From NCBI GenBank assembly GCA_012295275.1, contig CM022679.1, forward strand, positions 3,410,001-3,474,000: a stretch of DNA of 64,000 nucleotides, read 5' to 3'. Source of the stretch: Chrysomallon squamiferum. Lineage: Eukaryota; Animalia; Mollusca. This document shows, piece after piece, positions 51,015 through 63,383 of the stretch (its first letter is position 1; each line of letters starts with the position of its first letter). The position numbers and the translations under genes are program-made. The notes below the pieces were generated by a model, which had not been told where the DNA came from, did no database searches, and saw only the letters and a list, made by a program, of their open reading frames with translations.

Positions 51015-51091
51015 GCTTTAAGAGATGAGTGCCTATCACCGAAATTCAGTCTTTTCCAGGACGACTGTTTGGTACCCAAAAGTATAAGAAA
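51015..51091 (+). promoter_or_regulatory. Core promoter and non-coding exon 1 of CBM14 gene copy A (near-identical blocks at ~55975-56051 and ~59620-59696)
   Basis: TATATA/TTTAAG precede an Inr-like TCAGTC at ~51046, and a donor gtaagt lies at 51092. The block is conserved in all three copies. Confidence 0.6.
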
Positions 51092-51661
51092 GTAAGTTTT
51101 ATTCCGTTTTTATTACTATGTTTGAGTAAATATCTTTAACTTTAGTTTAATTTGATGCATTTATTCTGAGATGATGGTATTAAGCTGTCAAAAATTTGAA
51201 TTTATAAAGTATGTAGAAGGTATATAACATTTAATGAAACTTATTTCAAATTCGAAACTTCAGTAAAGTAGATAAGTAAGTAATTGCTAAAACTGCGAGT
51301 AACAGAAAGGTATCACGAGTTTCAATTAGCTTAAACTGAATATTTGCGGTTTGGTAACCTCTTGTATTTACATTAAGTAAATATGTGATTGGGTTGGGTG
51401 ACACTCTCTGTCAGAAATGGTTAAGACTGTTTAACAGAGTTGGGTCATTCTCGCCTAGTAAAAGTAAATTAAAAAACACTTTCACTGATCAAAACCTTTC
51501 TTCCTTTCTCAAACCAAGTCTCAAGCTGTAACTGCATCACATTAATCACTTCATATGAGTAACCGTATCCCGTTATTTAGAGCGTATCACTTACTGTATT
51601 ATAATACTTGTTTCAAACGATTAAGTGTATTGCATTATTTACTCCATTTGACTATATACTT

Positions 51662-51720
<59 letters not shown>

Positions 51721-51761
51721 TGTATTATTATTATTATTCATTTTTTTTCTTCTGTTTTTAG

Positions 51762-51980
51762 ATGCAGTATCTGACTGTATGTGTAGTTGCTTTGTGTCTT
51801 CTTGCTAACTGTTTCGCGGGTCCTAATAGTACGATTTTATTTACTTATTTATTGATAATTGTAATAATAACAACTATTATTATTTTAAAGTATTTATATT
51901 AATAAACTTACAAATAGTCATCTACAAATGTACATGTGTGTGTATGTGTGTGTATATATATATATGCATGCATATGTAAG

Positions 51981-52023
<43 letters not shown>

Positions 52024-52531
52024 GTATATGTATATGTATATATGCATGCATATGTATATATGTATATACATTTTTGTGCATGTATTTGTTGTGTATGTAC
52101 GAACCTACATGCGTATATATGCATGCATGTACCACATTTAGGTCCGAAGTAAGCTAAGGTAGGTTGCACCTATAGGTTGCAGCTGATATCATTTAACATT
52201 ACCCTTTTATTTCTGTATGATCATTTAATGATCGTATTTGTTAACCTTTTAGATTATATCATTTAAAACATTTACAAAGTTCTTTTTTGTTGTCATATGG
52301 AAAAGAAAAGTGCGTATTGTAGGTCAGAGATAGAGGAAAAACACGTCATAGTAGGTGTAAGAATATGCATTTCATGTCCAACCAGGATGGACCTTCTAGA
52401 ATTACGAACCGAGACCAAAGATATCTTGGGAATATTAAAAAATATGCTTCATCACATGTAGAACGAAATGAGAACACGAAAGAATGGTTGTTACTGCTGT
52501 AGCGTTTATGATATATTTATTTCCCATTTTG

Positions 52532-52578
<47 letters not shown>

Positions 52579-53540
52579 CGCGAATACGTGTGATTTTATG
52601 TATGTGGATGAACTTTAAATTATTTATAACTAAATTTGATGTCCTGATTCGTTTTAGCTTATAACTGCAAAAAGAAAGCGTTTGGAAAGCACGGTGTTTC
52701 TGGCAACTGTTCTGCTTTTTATTTCTGTGATGGACGAGATTCTGATGTGGTAGAGCAATCCTGTGAAAGTGGGTTGAATTTCAATATCATTACAAAAGAG
52801 TGTGCAAAACCACAAGACGTTGACTGCGACTTAATCAAGTCGATCGACGGTAAGTGGAAATATCGCAGTTCTTTCCTTCTAAGGAATCACAGAAGGATAT
52901 CTTTATACATAAACGAAACTACACATTGGTTTTTGCTTTAGTAAGTTTAATTTCTGTAATTATCTTTCCAACTGTGACATGGCAATAGATTTCCGTAACA
53001 AAGATATCAGTCTTTATTAAATAACTTTTTCATATGCGTTAATTTGTGACTATGTGTGTTTGTAATTACCTATATATAATTGAAACACAGTCATACGTAA
53101 CACCAAATGAAGCCCACAGAATCAACATGGTCTAACAAGCAGAAAATAGCTTGAAATATCTGATGTTTAAAGGATATGAGAAAGGGCAAAATCAAATGTG
53201 ATGAAACTGGGTAAAACTATAATGATGAATCGTAGTGACCTATGTCAGCTTAAATTCGATACTCACTTCTTTTTCCTTGAGATTAGATCACTCTGGTTCT
53301 GAAATTTGCATGCAGAAGTAAATGAAGTAAATAATTAATTTCATGCAAACTTTTTTTCCAGAAACTTTTTGCCGAAATAAGAGTGGTGGATTATATGAGA
53401 ATTATAAGAATTGTTATCTATATTATCACTGTTTCTTTTACATCACTTATGTGATGAGTTGTCCTGGTGACTTGGTATTTAACTCCGATATCAAAGTCTG
53501 CGATTATGTAGAAAGTGTACCACGATGTTGGAATCAATGA
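51762..53540 (+). CDS. Small secreted protein, signal peptide + 2 CBM14 (peritrophin-A) domains, copy A, 145 aa; exons 51762-51828, 52658-52849, 53362-53540
   Basis: The signal peptide is [19 protein letters not shown]. The two 6-Cys domains are YNCKKK...[10 protein letters not shown]...SCESGLNFN...[10 protein letters not shown] and FCRNK...NCYLYYHC...[27 protein letters not shown]. Introns are phase-1 GT-AG. Confidence 0.88.
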
Positions 53541-54244
53541 AACGCGGAATTTGATTAAATTTATATCAGACTGTCAATGTTTTATTTTATTTTAACTCAT
53601 ATGTAAATTCAGAATACAAAAAAATGTGTTGCATGTGTAACAATGCCTGATATATTTAGTTGATATTATTTTTAAATAAATTCTACAAGCACGTTGAACT
53701 GACATCAAAACACAACTATATTTAGTGTGTCTGTGTCCCCTAATTTTGATGTGGAATTGAGCACAAAAATCAATTTAAACACGAGTAAATAAGGTAAGAT
53801 TTAATCACAGGAAGAACGATGTGTATTGCATTGTTCTGTAAAGTAATGTACTGAATAAACGACTGCCTTGGATTAGTAAAATAAAAGTTTAAATTAATAT
53901 TTCTGTAACTACTACTATTATTACTACTATTACAATAACTACGAGGCCCACATTAGTACTATGACTATTACTAAAAGTACTATTGATAAGGATATATTAT
54001 TTCTATTCTCATCACTATAAAAACTTAAAGGAAAATTTGAAATAAAGAAGTAAAAAAAACAATGAAATACTACTAATAGTAGTTTTATCCAGTGCATTAA
54101 AAAATAAATACTATTACTATTTTTAATACAGAGACCGCTCTATTTAAGGCAACATTTGGTTCCAAGCTTTCGATCTTAAGTTCAACATTTGTAGGTATTC
54201 AGTATGATGTATAAGTGGTATAAGTTTTGTATATGTAATAACTT

Positions 54245-54640
54245 GAACAAGAATCGTGCTGTTAGTGCGACCGTTTTATCACCTCATTCCTCTCTCTTTG
54301 TTATGTCCACGTTTGTTTCCATTGTCATGGCCTGACACTTCTTAACAGTACCACTACCATCAGCACTGGCTTTTTTGCTTATCACCAGACGTAAACGATC
54401 CAACAGTGATGAGAGCGCGCAAGAACACAAACGAATTATGCCACTAGAATAAAATACTTGTGAGTATGTTTTGGCGCTTACCGCTGTATTCTGTCACCTG
54501 CATGCGGTGAACTGCCAACTAGATTTTACGTGCCGAGCATCGACTTCACGGCAAAAAGCTCCTATTACCGAAAGCTCGGAACGCTAATGTTAATAATATA
54601 TACGGAAGTTCGAAGGATGGAAAGCGATAACGTAATCATT
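54245..54640 (-). mobile_element. Tigger/pogo-type transposon 5' relic (CENP-B-like HTH N-terminus)
   Basis: The minus strand near 54392-54250 reads ...ASADGSGTVKKCQAMTMETNVDITKREE*GDKTV. This resembles the KKR.AITME.K.DIIKR.E.GE start of Tigger transposases. The start codon has decayed to ACG, and there is a frameshift and a stop. Confidence 0.6.
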
Positions 54641-54911
54641 AATTAATTGTGACTGCTACCACGTCACCAAAATACAACCACCTCCCATCGGTACTGTGAA
54701 ATCTAAATCAACTCTGACACGTTTTATATTTTTCTGATAGCCATGTTAGCGTTAAAAGTTGTTCACTTCCTCACTTTGGTGTTCTACTCAAAAACCGTGG
54801 GTAAGAGACTGTTTTATTGACTTTGAAGTTTTTGTTCTTACAATAACACTAATACTAATACTGATACTAACACTAATACTAATACTAATAATAACACTAA
54901 TACTAATGCTA

Positions 54912-54954
<43 letters not shown>

Positions 54955-56656
54955 TAATAATAATAATAAAAAGAGCTAGTTCACAAGAGAAACATTTAAC
55001 ATGAAACATATTTGCGCTGCTGAGAATCGTTGTTGAAATACTGAACATGAATGATACACTAGAAACTAGGTTTTGTTACAGCACTGCACTGAATATTATG
55101 ATCTAGTGTTAAATTAATCTGGTCTCATTTAATTACCAAAACAGTTACATTGTCCTGATATACTGCTACAAATAATTTATGTAAAAATATACATTTGTAT
55201 TTACTTAATGCACTCTTTCTTCTATGGTGCTCTTGATTTATTAAACTACTGAAAATGCTGCTTGGTCTTATGATTGTCTCCTATCGACGATATATACTTA
55301 CATAACAAATATATTTAAATATATACAAAAGTATACGTACAATTTCAAAGAATTTTATGAACCTTCTGCCTAGTCGGATACATATTTAAATTTATATTTT
55401 CGACAGTTTAATATCATCATTTCAAAATAGAAACATTAAATGAATTTAAAGTAAAATAAAAAAATATATAAAAGTAATAAAAACCAATTTTTGCAATACG
55501 GCTTTTATAAATTTATATGTTTGGAAACAGAAAATATTTTAGATAAAGCGATCAAATAAAAGAAAAAAAAGAGAAAAAGAAAAAAACGACTCTGATTATG
55601 ATTATTTTGCCATATACAGCTGCTGTACATGCAATTATAATCAACGAATTGTAGAGTGTACATCTACATTCCAAATAATAAAAGTATATACAGCTTTAAG
55701 AGATGAGACAGTTTAATATCAGCATCTCAAAATAAATGTATCAAAGGAAATAAAAGTAATGAAACAAAATTTTAAATATTTTCAACATTGCGCAAAATTA
55801 TAAATTTATAAATTTATATTTTGAGATATTAAATAACTGAAATAAAAGCAACCCTCTTCCCCATGAAACATCTGATGATGTTCATTATGTCATTCACAGG
55901 TGATGCATGTACAGTTATAGCCAAAAAAAACTATATCGTTTTTAACTACATTGTAAAATACAAAAGTATATACAGCTTTAAGAGATGAGTGTCTAACACC
56001 GAAATTCAGTCTTTTCCAGGACGATCGTTTGGTACCCAAAAGTATAAGAAAGTAAGTTTTATTCCGTTTTTATTACTATGTTTGAGTAAATATCTTTAAC
56101 TTTAGTTTAATTTGATGCATTTATTCTGAGATGATGGTATTAAACTGTCAAAAATTTGAATTTATAAAGTATGTAGAAGGTATATAACATTTAATGAAAC
56201 TTATTTCAAATTCGAAACTTCAGTAAAGTAGATAAGTAAGTAACTGCTAAAACTGCGAGTAACAGAAAGGTATCACAAGTTTCAATTAGCTTAAACTGAA
56301 TACCGCGGGTGGCGTAACCTCTTGTATTTACATTAAGTAAATATGTGATTGGGTTGGGTGACACTCTCTATCAGAAATGGTTAAGACTGTTTAAAGAGTT
56401 GGTTCATTCTCGCCTAGTAAAAGTAAATTAAAAAACACTTTCACTGATCAAAACCTTTTTTCCTTTCTCAAACCAAGTCTCAAGCTGTAACTGCATCACA
56501 TTAATCACTTCATATGAGTAACCGTATCCCGTTATTTAGAGCGTATCACTGTATCATAATACTTATTTCAAATGACTAACTGTAACGATTTAGGTGTATT
56601 ACTTGTTTCAAACGACTAGGTGTATTGCATTATTTACTCCATTTGACAATATACTT

Positions 56657-56739
<83 letters not shown>

Positions 56740-56807
56740 AATAACAATACTACTAATAAAAATTGTTATATTATTATTATTATTAATTTCTTTTTTCTTG
56801 TTTTTAG

Positions 56808-57526
56808 ATGCAGTATCTGACTGTATGTGTAGTTGCTCTCCCTCTTGTTGCTAACTGTTTCGCGGGTTCTAATTGTTCGATTTTATTAATTTATTTATAA
56901 TTATAATAATAACAATTATTATTATTATTTTAAAACTTATATATGTGTTGTGTATGTACGAACCTATGTGCGTATATATGCATGCATGCACCACATTTAG
57001 ATCGAAAGCAAGCTCTGTACTACTGTGGTCATTTTCATTAATTTCTAGAAAAGTATAAGTCGAGCTAAGTGTAGGTTGTACGTGTGAATTAGTCCCACAT
57101 ATCAGCTGATGTCACCTGATTTTAACCGTTTTTATGTGCATGATCATTTAATGATCGTATTTGTTAACCTCTTAGATTAAATATTTCATATTGTAGCTCT
57201 ATACTTATTACAGTTCACGGGAAAATCAAATTTCGTTTTGTGTCAATTAATGAATTTAAAATATTTACAAAGTTCTTCTTTTTTTTTCTCCTGTGGAAAA
57301 CAAAAGTAGATATTGTAGATCAGACGAAAAGAAAAACACGTCATAGTAGGTGTCAGAATATGCATTTCATGTCCCACCAGGATGGAACTTCTAGAATTAC
57401 GAACCGAGACCAAAGATATCTTGGGAATATTAAAAAATATGCTTCATCACATGTAGAACGAAATGAGAACACGAAAGAATGGTTGTTACTGCTGTAGCGT
57501 TTATGATATATTTATTTCCCATTTTG

Positions 57527-57579
<53 letters not shown>

Positions 57580-58498
57580 CGCGAATACGTGTGATTTTAT
57601 GTATGTGGATGAACTTTAAATTATTTATAACTAAATCTGATGTCCTGATTCGTTTTAGCTTATAACTGCGAAAACAAAGCGTTTGGAAAGCACGGTGTTC
57701 GTGGCAACTGTTCTGCTTTTTATATCTGTGATGGACGAAATTCTGATGTGGTAGAGCAATCCTGTGAAAGTGGGTTGAATTTCAATATCATTAGAAAACT
57801 GTGTGTAAAACCACAATACGTTCACTGCGACTTAATCAAGTCAATCAACGGTAAGTGGAAATATCGCAGTTCTTTCCTTCTAAGGAATCACAGAAGGATA
57901 TCTTTATACATAAACGAAACTACACATTGGTTTTGCTTTAGTATGTTTATTGCTGTAATTATCTTTCCAACTGTCATACGACAATCGATTTCCATAACAA
58001 AGATATCAGTCTTTATTAAAGAACTTTTGCATATGCGTTTATTTTTGACTATGTGTGTTTGTAATTACCTATATAACATTGAAACACAATGATACCTAAG
58101 GCCACAGAATAAACATGGTCTAACCCGCAGAAATCAGTTTTTGAAATATCTGATGGTTAAAGGATATGAGAAAGGGCAAAATTAAGTGTGATGAAACTGG
58201 GTAAAACTATAATGATGAATCGTAGTTACCTACGTCAGTTTAAATTCGATACTCACTTCTTTTTCCTTGAGATTAGATCACTCTGGTTCTGAAATTTGCA
58301 TGCAGAAGTAAATGAAGTAAATAATTAATTTCATGCAAACTTTTTTTTCCAGAAACATTTTGCCTAAAGAAGAGTGATGGATTATACGGGAATTATAAGG
58401 AGCGTACTCTATTTTACAGCTGCTTATCTGAGATCACTTATGTGATGAGTTGTCCCCCTGCCAAGGCGTTTATCCCTGATCTCAGTGTCTGCAGTTAG
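56808..58498 (+). CDS. Small secreted CBM14 protein, copy B, 134 aa, second domain degenerate (possible pseudogene); exons 56808-56874, 57659-57850, 58353-58498
   Basis: This is a paralog of copy A. Domain 1 keeps all six Cys. Domain 2 has Cys2->Arg (CGT) and a TAG before Cys6. The donor after the signal exon is weakened (gttcga), and a Pro lies in the signal h-region. Confidence 0.72.
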
Positions 58499-60193
58499 GT
58501 AAAACTGCAACTTCTAAACGCGGATTTTGATTAAATCTGTTTCAAATTGTCAGTGTTTTCTTATTTTAACTCATATGTAAATTCAGAATACAAAAAAATA
58601 TGTGTTGCATGTGTAACAATGCCTGATATATTTAGTTGAAATTATTTTAAAATAAATTCTACAAGCACGTTGAACTGACATCAAAACACAACTATATTTA
58701 GTGTGTCTGTGTTCACGCAGACATCGTTTCCCCTAATTTTGATGTGGAATTGAGCACAAAAATCAATTTAAACACGAGTAAATAAGGTAAGATTTAATCA
58801 CAGGAAGAACGATGTGTATTTCATTGTTCTGTAAAGTAATGTACTGAATAAACGACTGCCTTGGATTAGTGAAATAAAAGTTTAAATTAATAGTTCTGTA
58901 ACTACTACTATTATTACTACTATTACAATAACTACGATGCCCACATTAGTACTATGACTATTACTAAAAGTACTATTGATAAGGATATATTATTTCTTTT
59001 CTCATCACTATAAAAACTTAAAGGAAAAGTAGTATTATCCAGTGCATTAAAACATAAATACTATTATTATATTTAATAGAGAGACTGCTCTGTTTAAGGC
59101 AATATTTGGTTCCAAGCTTTCGATCTTAAGTTCAGCATTTTTTTTATTTACTGAAAATGTTGCTTGGTCTGATGATTGTCTCTTAGCAACGATATATACT
59201 TAGATAACAAATATATCTACATACATATACACATTTAAATATATACAAAAACATACGTACAATTTCAAAGAATTCGATATATTTTCTGCCTATTGGTGTA
59301 CATATTTTCTATTTATATTTTCGACAGTTTGATATCATCATTTTCAAAATAAAGACATTAAATGAATTTAAAGTACGATAACATAAATATATAAAACTAA
59401 TAAAAGACAATTTTTATATATTTTTAACATTAATACGGCTATTATAAATTTATATGTTTCGAAACAGAAAATATTTTAGATAAAGCGATCAAATAAAAGA
59501 AAAGAAAAAAAAAAGAAAAAAGAACCCTGATTATGATTATTATGTCATATGCAGCTGGTGTATATACAAATGTAATAAACAAATTCTAGAGCGTATTACA
59601 ACATTCCACAATATATACAGCTTTAAGAGATGAGTGCCTATCACCGAAATTCAGTCTTTTCCACGACGATCGTTTGGTACCCAGAAGTATAAGAAAGTAA
59701 GTTTTATTCCGTTTTTATTACTATGTTTGAGTAAATATCTTTAACTTTAGTTTAATTTGATGCATTTATTCTGAGATGATGGTATTAAACTGTCAAAAAT
59801 TTGAATTTATAAAGTAGGTAGAAGTTATATAACATTTATTGAAACTTGTTTCAAATAGGAAACTTCAGTAAAGTAGGTAAGTAAGTAACTGCTGATACTG
59901 CATCACATTAATCACTTCATATGAATAACTGTATCCCGTTATTTAGAGCGTATCACTTACTGTATCAGAATTGTTATTTGAAATGACTAACCGTATCCCA
60001 TTATTTAGGATCGTATCACTTATTGTATCATAATACTTATTTCAAATGATTACGTGTATTTTCTCTATTTGACTATATACCTGTAATTATGATGATGATA
60101 ATAATAGTAATAACAATCATGGTCAAATAATAATAAACTAATAACAACGACAATAGTAGTAATAATAACTGAATTTGTTTTTACTGTTTCTAG

Positions 60194-60396
60194 ATGAAGT
60201 TTCTGGCTCTGTGTATTGTAACTGTATTCTTTGTGGCTGAATGTTTTGCGCCTTCTAGGACATCGCCTGTGAAAACAGTTAATGGTATGATTTTATTTAC
60301 TGATTTATTGATAATTATAATATTATCATTTTTAAGTGTTTATATTTTAGAAGTATTATAAATAGTCAAATATATCTATATATCTATATATGTATG

Positions 60397-60428
<32 letters not shown>

Positions 60429-61595
60429 TGTATGTATGTATGTATGTATGTATGTATGTATGTATGTATGTATAGACATAGAGGTAGATAGATAGTTAGA
60501 TAGATATTTACGAACCGAGCCCTAAGATATCGTGAGAATGTTCAAACATTTATTTCATCAAATGTAGAACAATATCAGTATGCGCACGAACGGTTGTTAC
60601 TGGTCTACCATTTGTGATATTATGAGCTATTTTTAACATTTCACATTTTGCCGTGTGCTTGCTTGTTAGCGTGCGTGCATGTGGATGTTCGTGGACTTTA
60701 ATTTTTCTGGCAACGAGTCTCATGCGCTGCTTTGTTTCAGATTATGCGTGCACTAACAAAATGCGTGGATTTTACGGTGCTCCTAACAACTGTTCCGCTT
60801 TTTATTTCTGTGATGGAAACAGTTTAGTAGCGAAAGAACTAGCTTGTCCGAGAGGATTGGATTTCAATGCCAATAACGGATCCTGTGACACGCCAGACAA
60901 CGCTAAGTGCCGCAAAGCCAAACGGGTCGAAGGTAAGGTCAAATATTGCAATTTCTTTCGTTCAGAAAGCACCAGAAACAACACCGAGCGGAAAACATCA
61001 ACGAAACATCACAACCAGCTCGTTACGATCCGATATGCTGGACACTCCCTTGTGTCCTGCAGTCGTAACGGGAACCTACTCTCTTTCCTTACCCAGAAAC
61101 TCTTTTCTGCGACAGACACGCCCGCTGACCTGTCAGAAAGCGTGCCTGTCATAGACGTGCTTCACAACAGCTTGCTCTGATTAGCACGTTAATTTTTTTC
61201 AAGTTCAAAATTCCATAAGCATATATTTACAATTAATATATATATGAAACTAAATAAATAAATAAACATTCTAATTCTGCTTTATACAGCATTCAGCTTA
61301 TCCTAGAAAAATTTCGTTTGTGATCATATATATATACGTGTGTTTATGAATGTGTATGTATGTATGCATTTAAAGCGAATGAATGAATGCTTAATTCAGT
61401 GTATGTTTTTTTTTTTTTCCAGAAAATTTCTGTCTAAAGAAGAATAATGGGTTATATGAGAATGTTATGGACTGTACTACATTTTATATCTGCTCTAATC
61501 ATTTCACTTATCTAGTCGATTGTCCTGCTTCCTTGGTATTTGATTCTACTCTCAATGTCTGCAATTACAGAAACGAAGTACCACAATGTTCCTAA
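60194..61595 (+). CDS. Small secreted protein, signal peptide + 2 CBM14 domains, copy C, 151 aa; exons 60194-60284, 60741-60932, 61423-61595
   Basis: The signal peptide is MKFLALCIVTVFFVAECFA. The domains are [25 protein letters not shown]...ACPRGLDFN...SCDTPDNAKC and FCLKKNNGLYENVMDCTTFYICSNHFTYLVDCPASLVFDSTLNVCNYRNEVPQC. Introns are phase-1 GT-AG. Confidence 0.9.
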
Positions 61596-62587
61596 AATCG
61601 CAAGTTTAAAACTTGGATCCTCACTGAATTTTCTTATTTTGTCTTATAGGTAAATTCAGAATAAAGAAAATATGTTGAAAGATATTTAGTGGGTTTTTTT
61701 TGTTTGTTTTTTTAATTATTATTTTCAAATATATTCTATTAGCACTTTCAACTGACATCAAAACAGAATTGTTTTTAGTTTATGTGTTCATGCAGGCATC
61801 GTTAGCCTGTTTTGTGTAATTTAATCATGAATGTTTTTTTCAAATCAAATGTCTGATATTGTACGTATAGTTACACATTATTGTAAATTTATAATTACAT
61901 AAACTTTTAAATGTAAATATCGTCATATGCCACAGACTAAGCCCTAGTGAAAATATCGCAGAAATCAAATCTTAAACGGTACATGCGGAATCATTTTCAT
62001 GCTTTTTGCTGGATTCCGCATGTCGCACTAGCGTATCAGTTATTATAGCGGTAATAAAACAATGAAAATGTGTTTGTAGTATCTAATTTCTAACCGATGA
62101 AATGTGAGTCAAATATAAATAAACAAATAAATAAAATATAAGAATGTGCACCAATAATTAATTAAAACGGAATCCAATTTGTAAAAACATAGTAATAATT
62201 AAAAAAAAAAAAAAAAAAATTAATTAAAATTAAATAAATAAATAAATAAAAAAAAGAAGAAAAAAAGAAAAACGGAAATAAATTTGTTGTTTCAAAAATC
62301 GTCTTAACATGAATTTAGATTCAAGCTTCTTTTTTTTTCATCATCAGTTTTATTAAAAAACATTCTTTCAAAGAATAATCGTTAATAATTATAATAATAA
62401 AATCCACAAGAAAAAAAAAGAATTAAAAAAAAAAGAGAAAAATAAAGAGCAGTAAACAAATGAGCGTGTAATCGATTAATAAATAACAACAACAGCATAA
62501 AAAAAACAGAATAAATGAATAAATGGTTATGTGAGTGGATCGCAAAAAGGTTTTAAATTGTGTTAGTATTGTTGATATTAATTTTCT

Positions 62588-62618
<31 letters not shown>

Positions 62619-62674
62619 TATATATATATATGCCTGTGTGTGTGTGCGTGTGTGTGTTAATTTTAAAATAAACT

Positions 62675-62709
<35 letters not shown>

Positions 62710-63383
62710 TTTCAGTTATTTAGAAGAAAAATCCTGTTTGAATTCACGTTGTATTTATTTCTGTTTCCACATGAGACAGAGAGCGTATTTATTACAGCAT
62801 TTCTCCTGGCATATTTATTATTATATAACTGTTTGAATGGAAAGGAAGACACCATCTCGTATTTCGTTCAGTCAGCACAATAATAGGTAAATATTTCTAC
62901 ACCAGTTCCTCCATTTTTGAATGTATGTTTGTCAATAAAACCATAAACCCTTCAGCAACATCATAAAAAAAAAAAAAAAAAAAAATAAAATAAAACATAA
63001 AATAAAATGAAATAAAACACAAATATTAAAATAATAATAAAAAACGAATAAAAGCCTTCATTGCTGAAACGAAAACACCAACATAAAACTCTGGTAAGTA
63101 TCACATTTTTTTTTTTTTTTCCACTGTTACATCTGTTTTGTTTTCAAAAGTATATCTTGGATAGAAAAAGCCGAAAATACAACAGAAAAGCGAAATTTAT
63201 CTTACCTGATTACATCTTTGAAACACTGGTTTTAATTAGCTTAGTTAAATAAACAAAATCTATCTTAGAATAACTGAATACTTACTTAGACAAATTTTAG
63301 AAAAGCTGAATTTATCTTAGTTAGAAAAAAAAAAAAAAAAAAAAAAAATCCGCCTATCACAGATATTGTCTGCTTTGTAAATA

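Larger units (their letters stand above)
50350..61800 (+). repeat. Tandem segmental triplication (~4-5 kb units) carrying the CBM14 genes
   Basis: Shared blocks: upstream/promoter ~50350-51600, 55050-56560 and 59140-59970; introns ~52340-53361 versus ~57340-58352; 3' flank ~53590-54190 versus ~58560-59135, with a diverged version at ~61620-61800. Confidence 0.9.

Noticed and set aside
60653-61180. 175-aa ORF as an intronless gene
   Set aside because: It contains the 192-nt CBM14 exon plus read-through intron. The splice sites match those of copies A and B.
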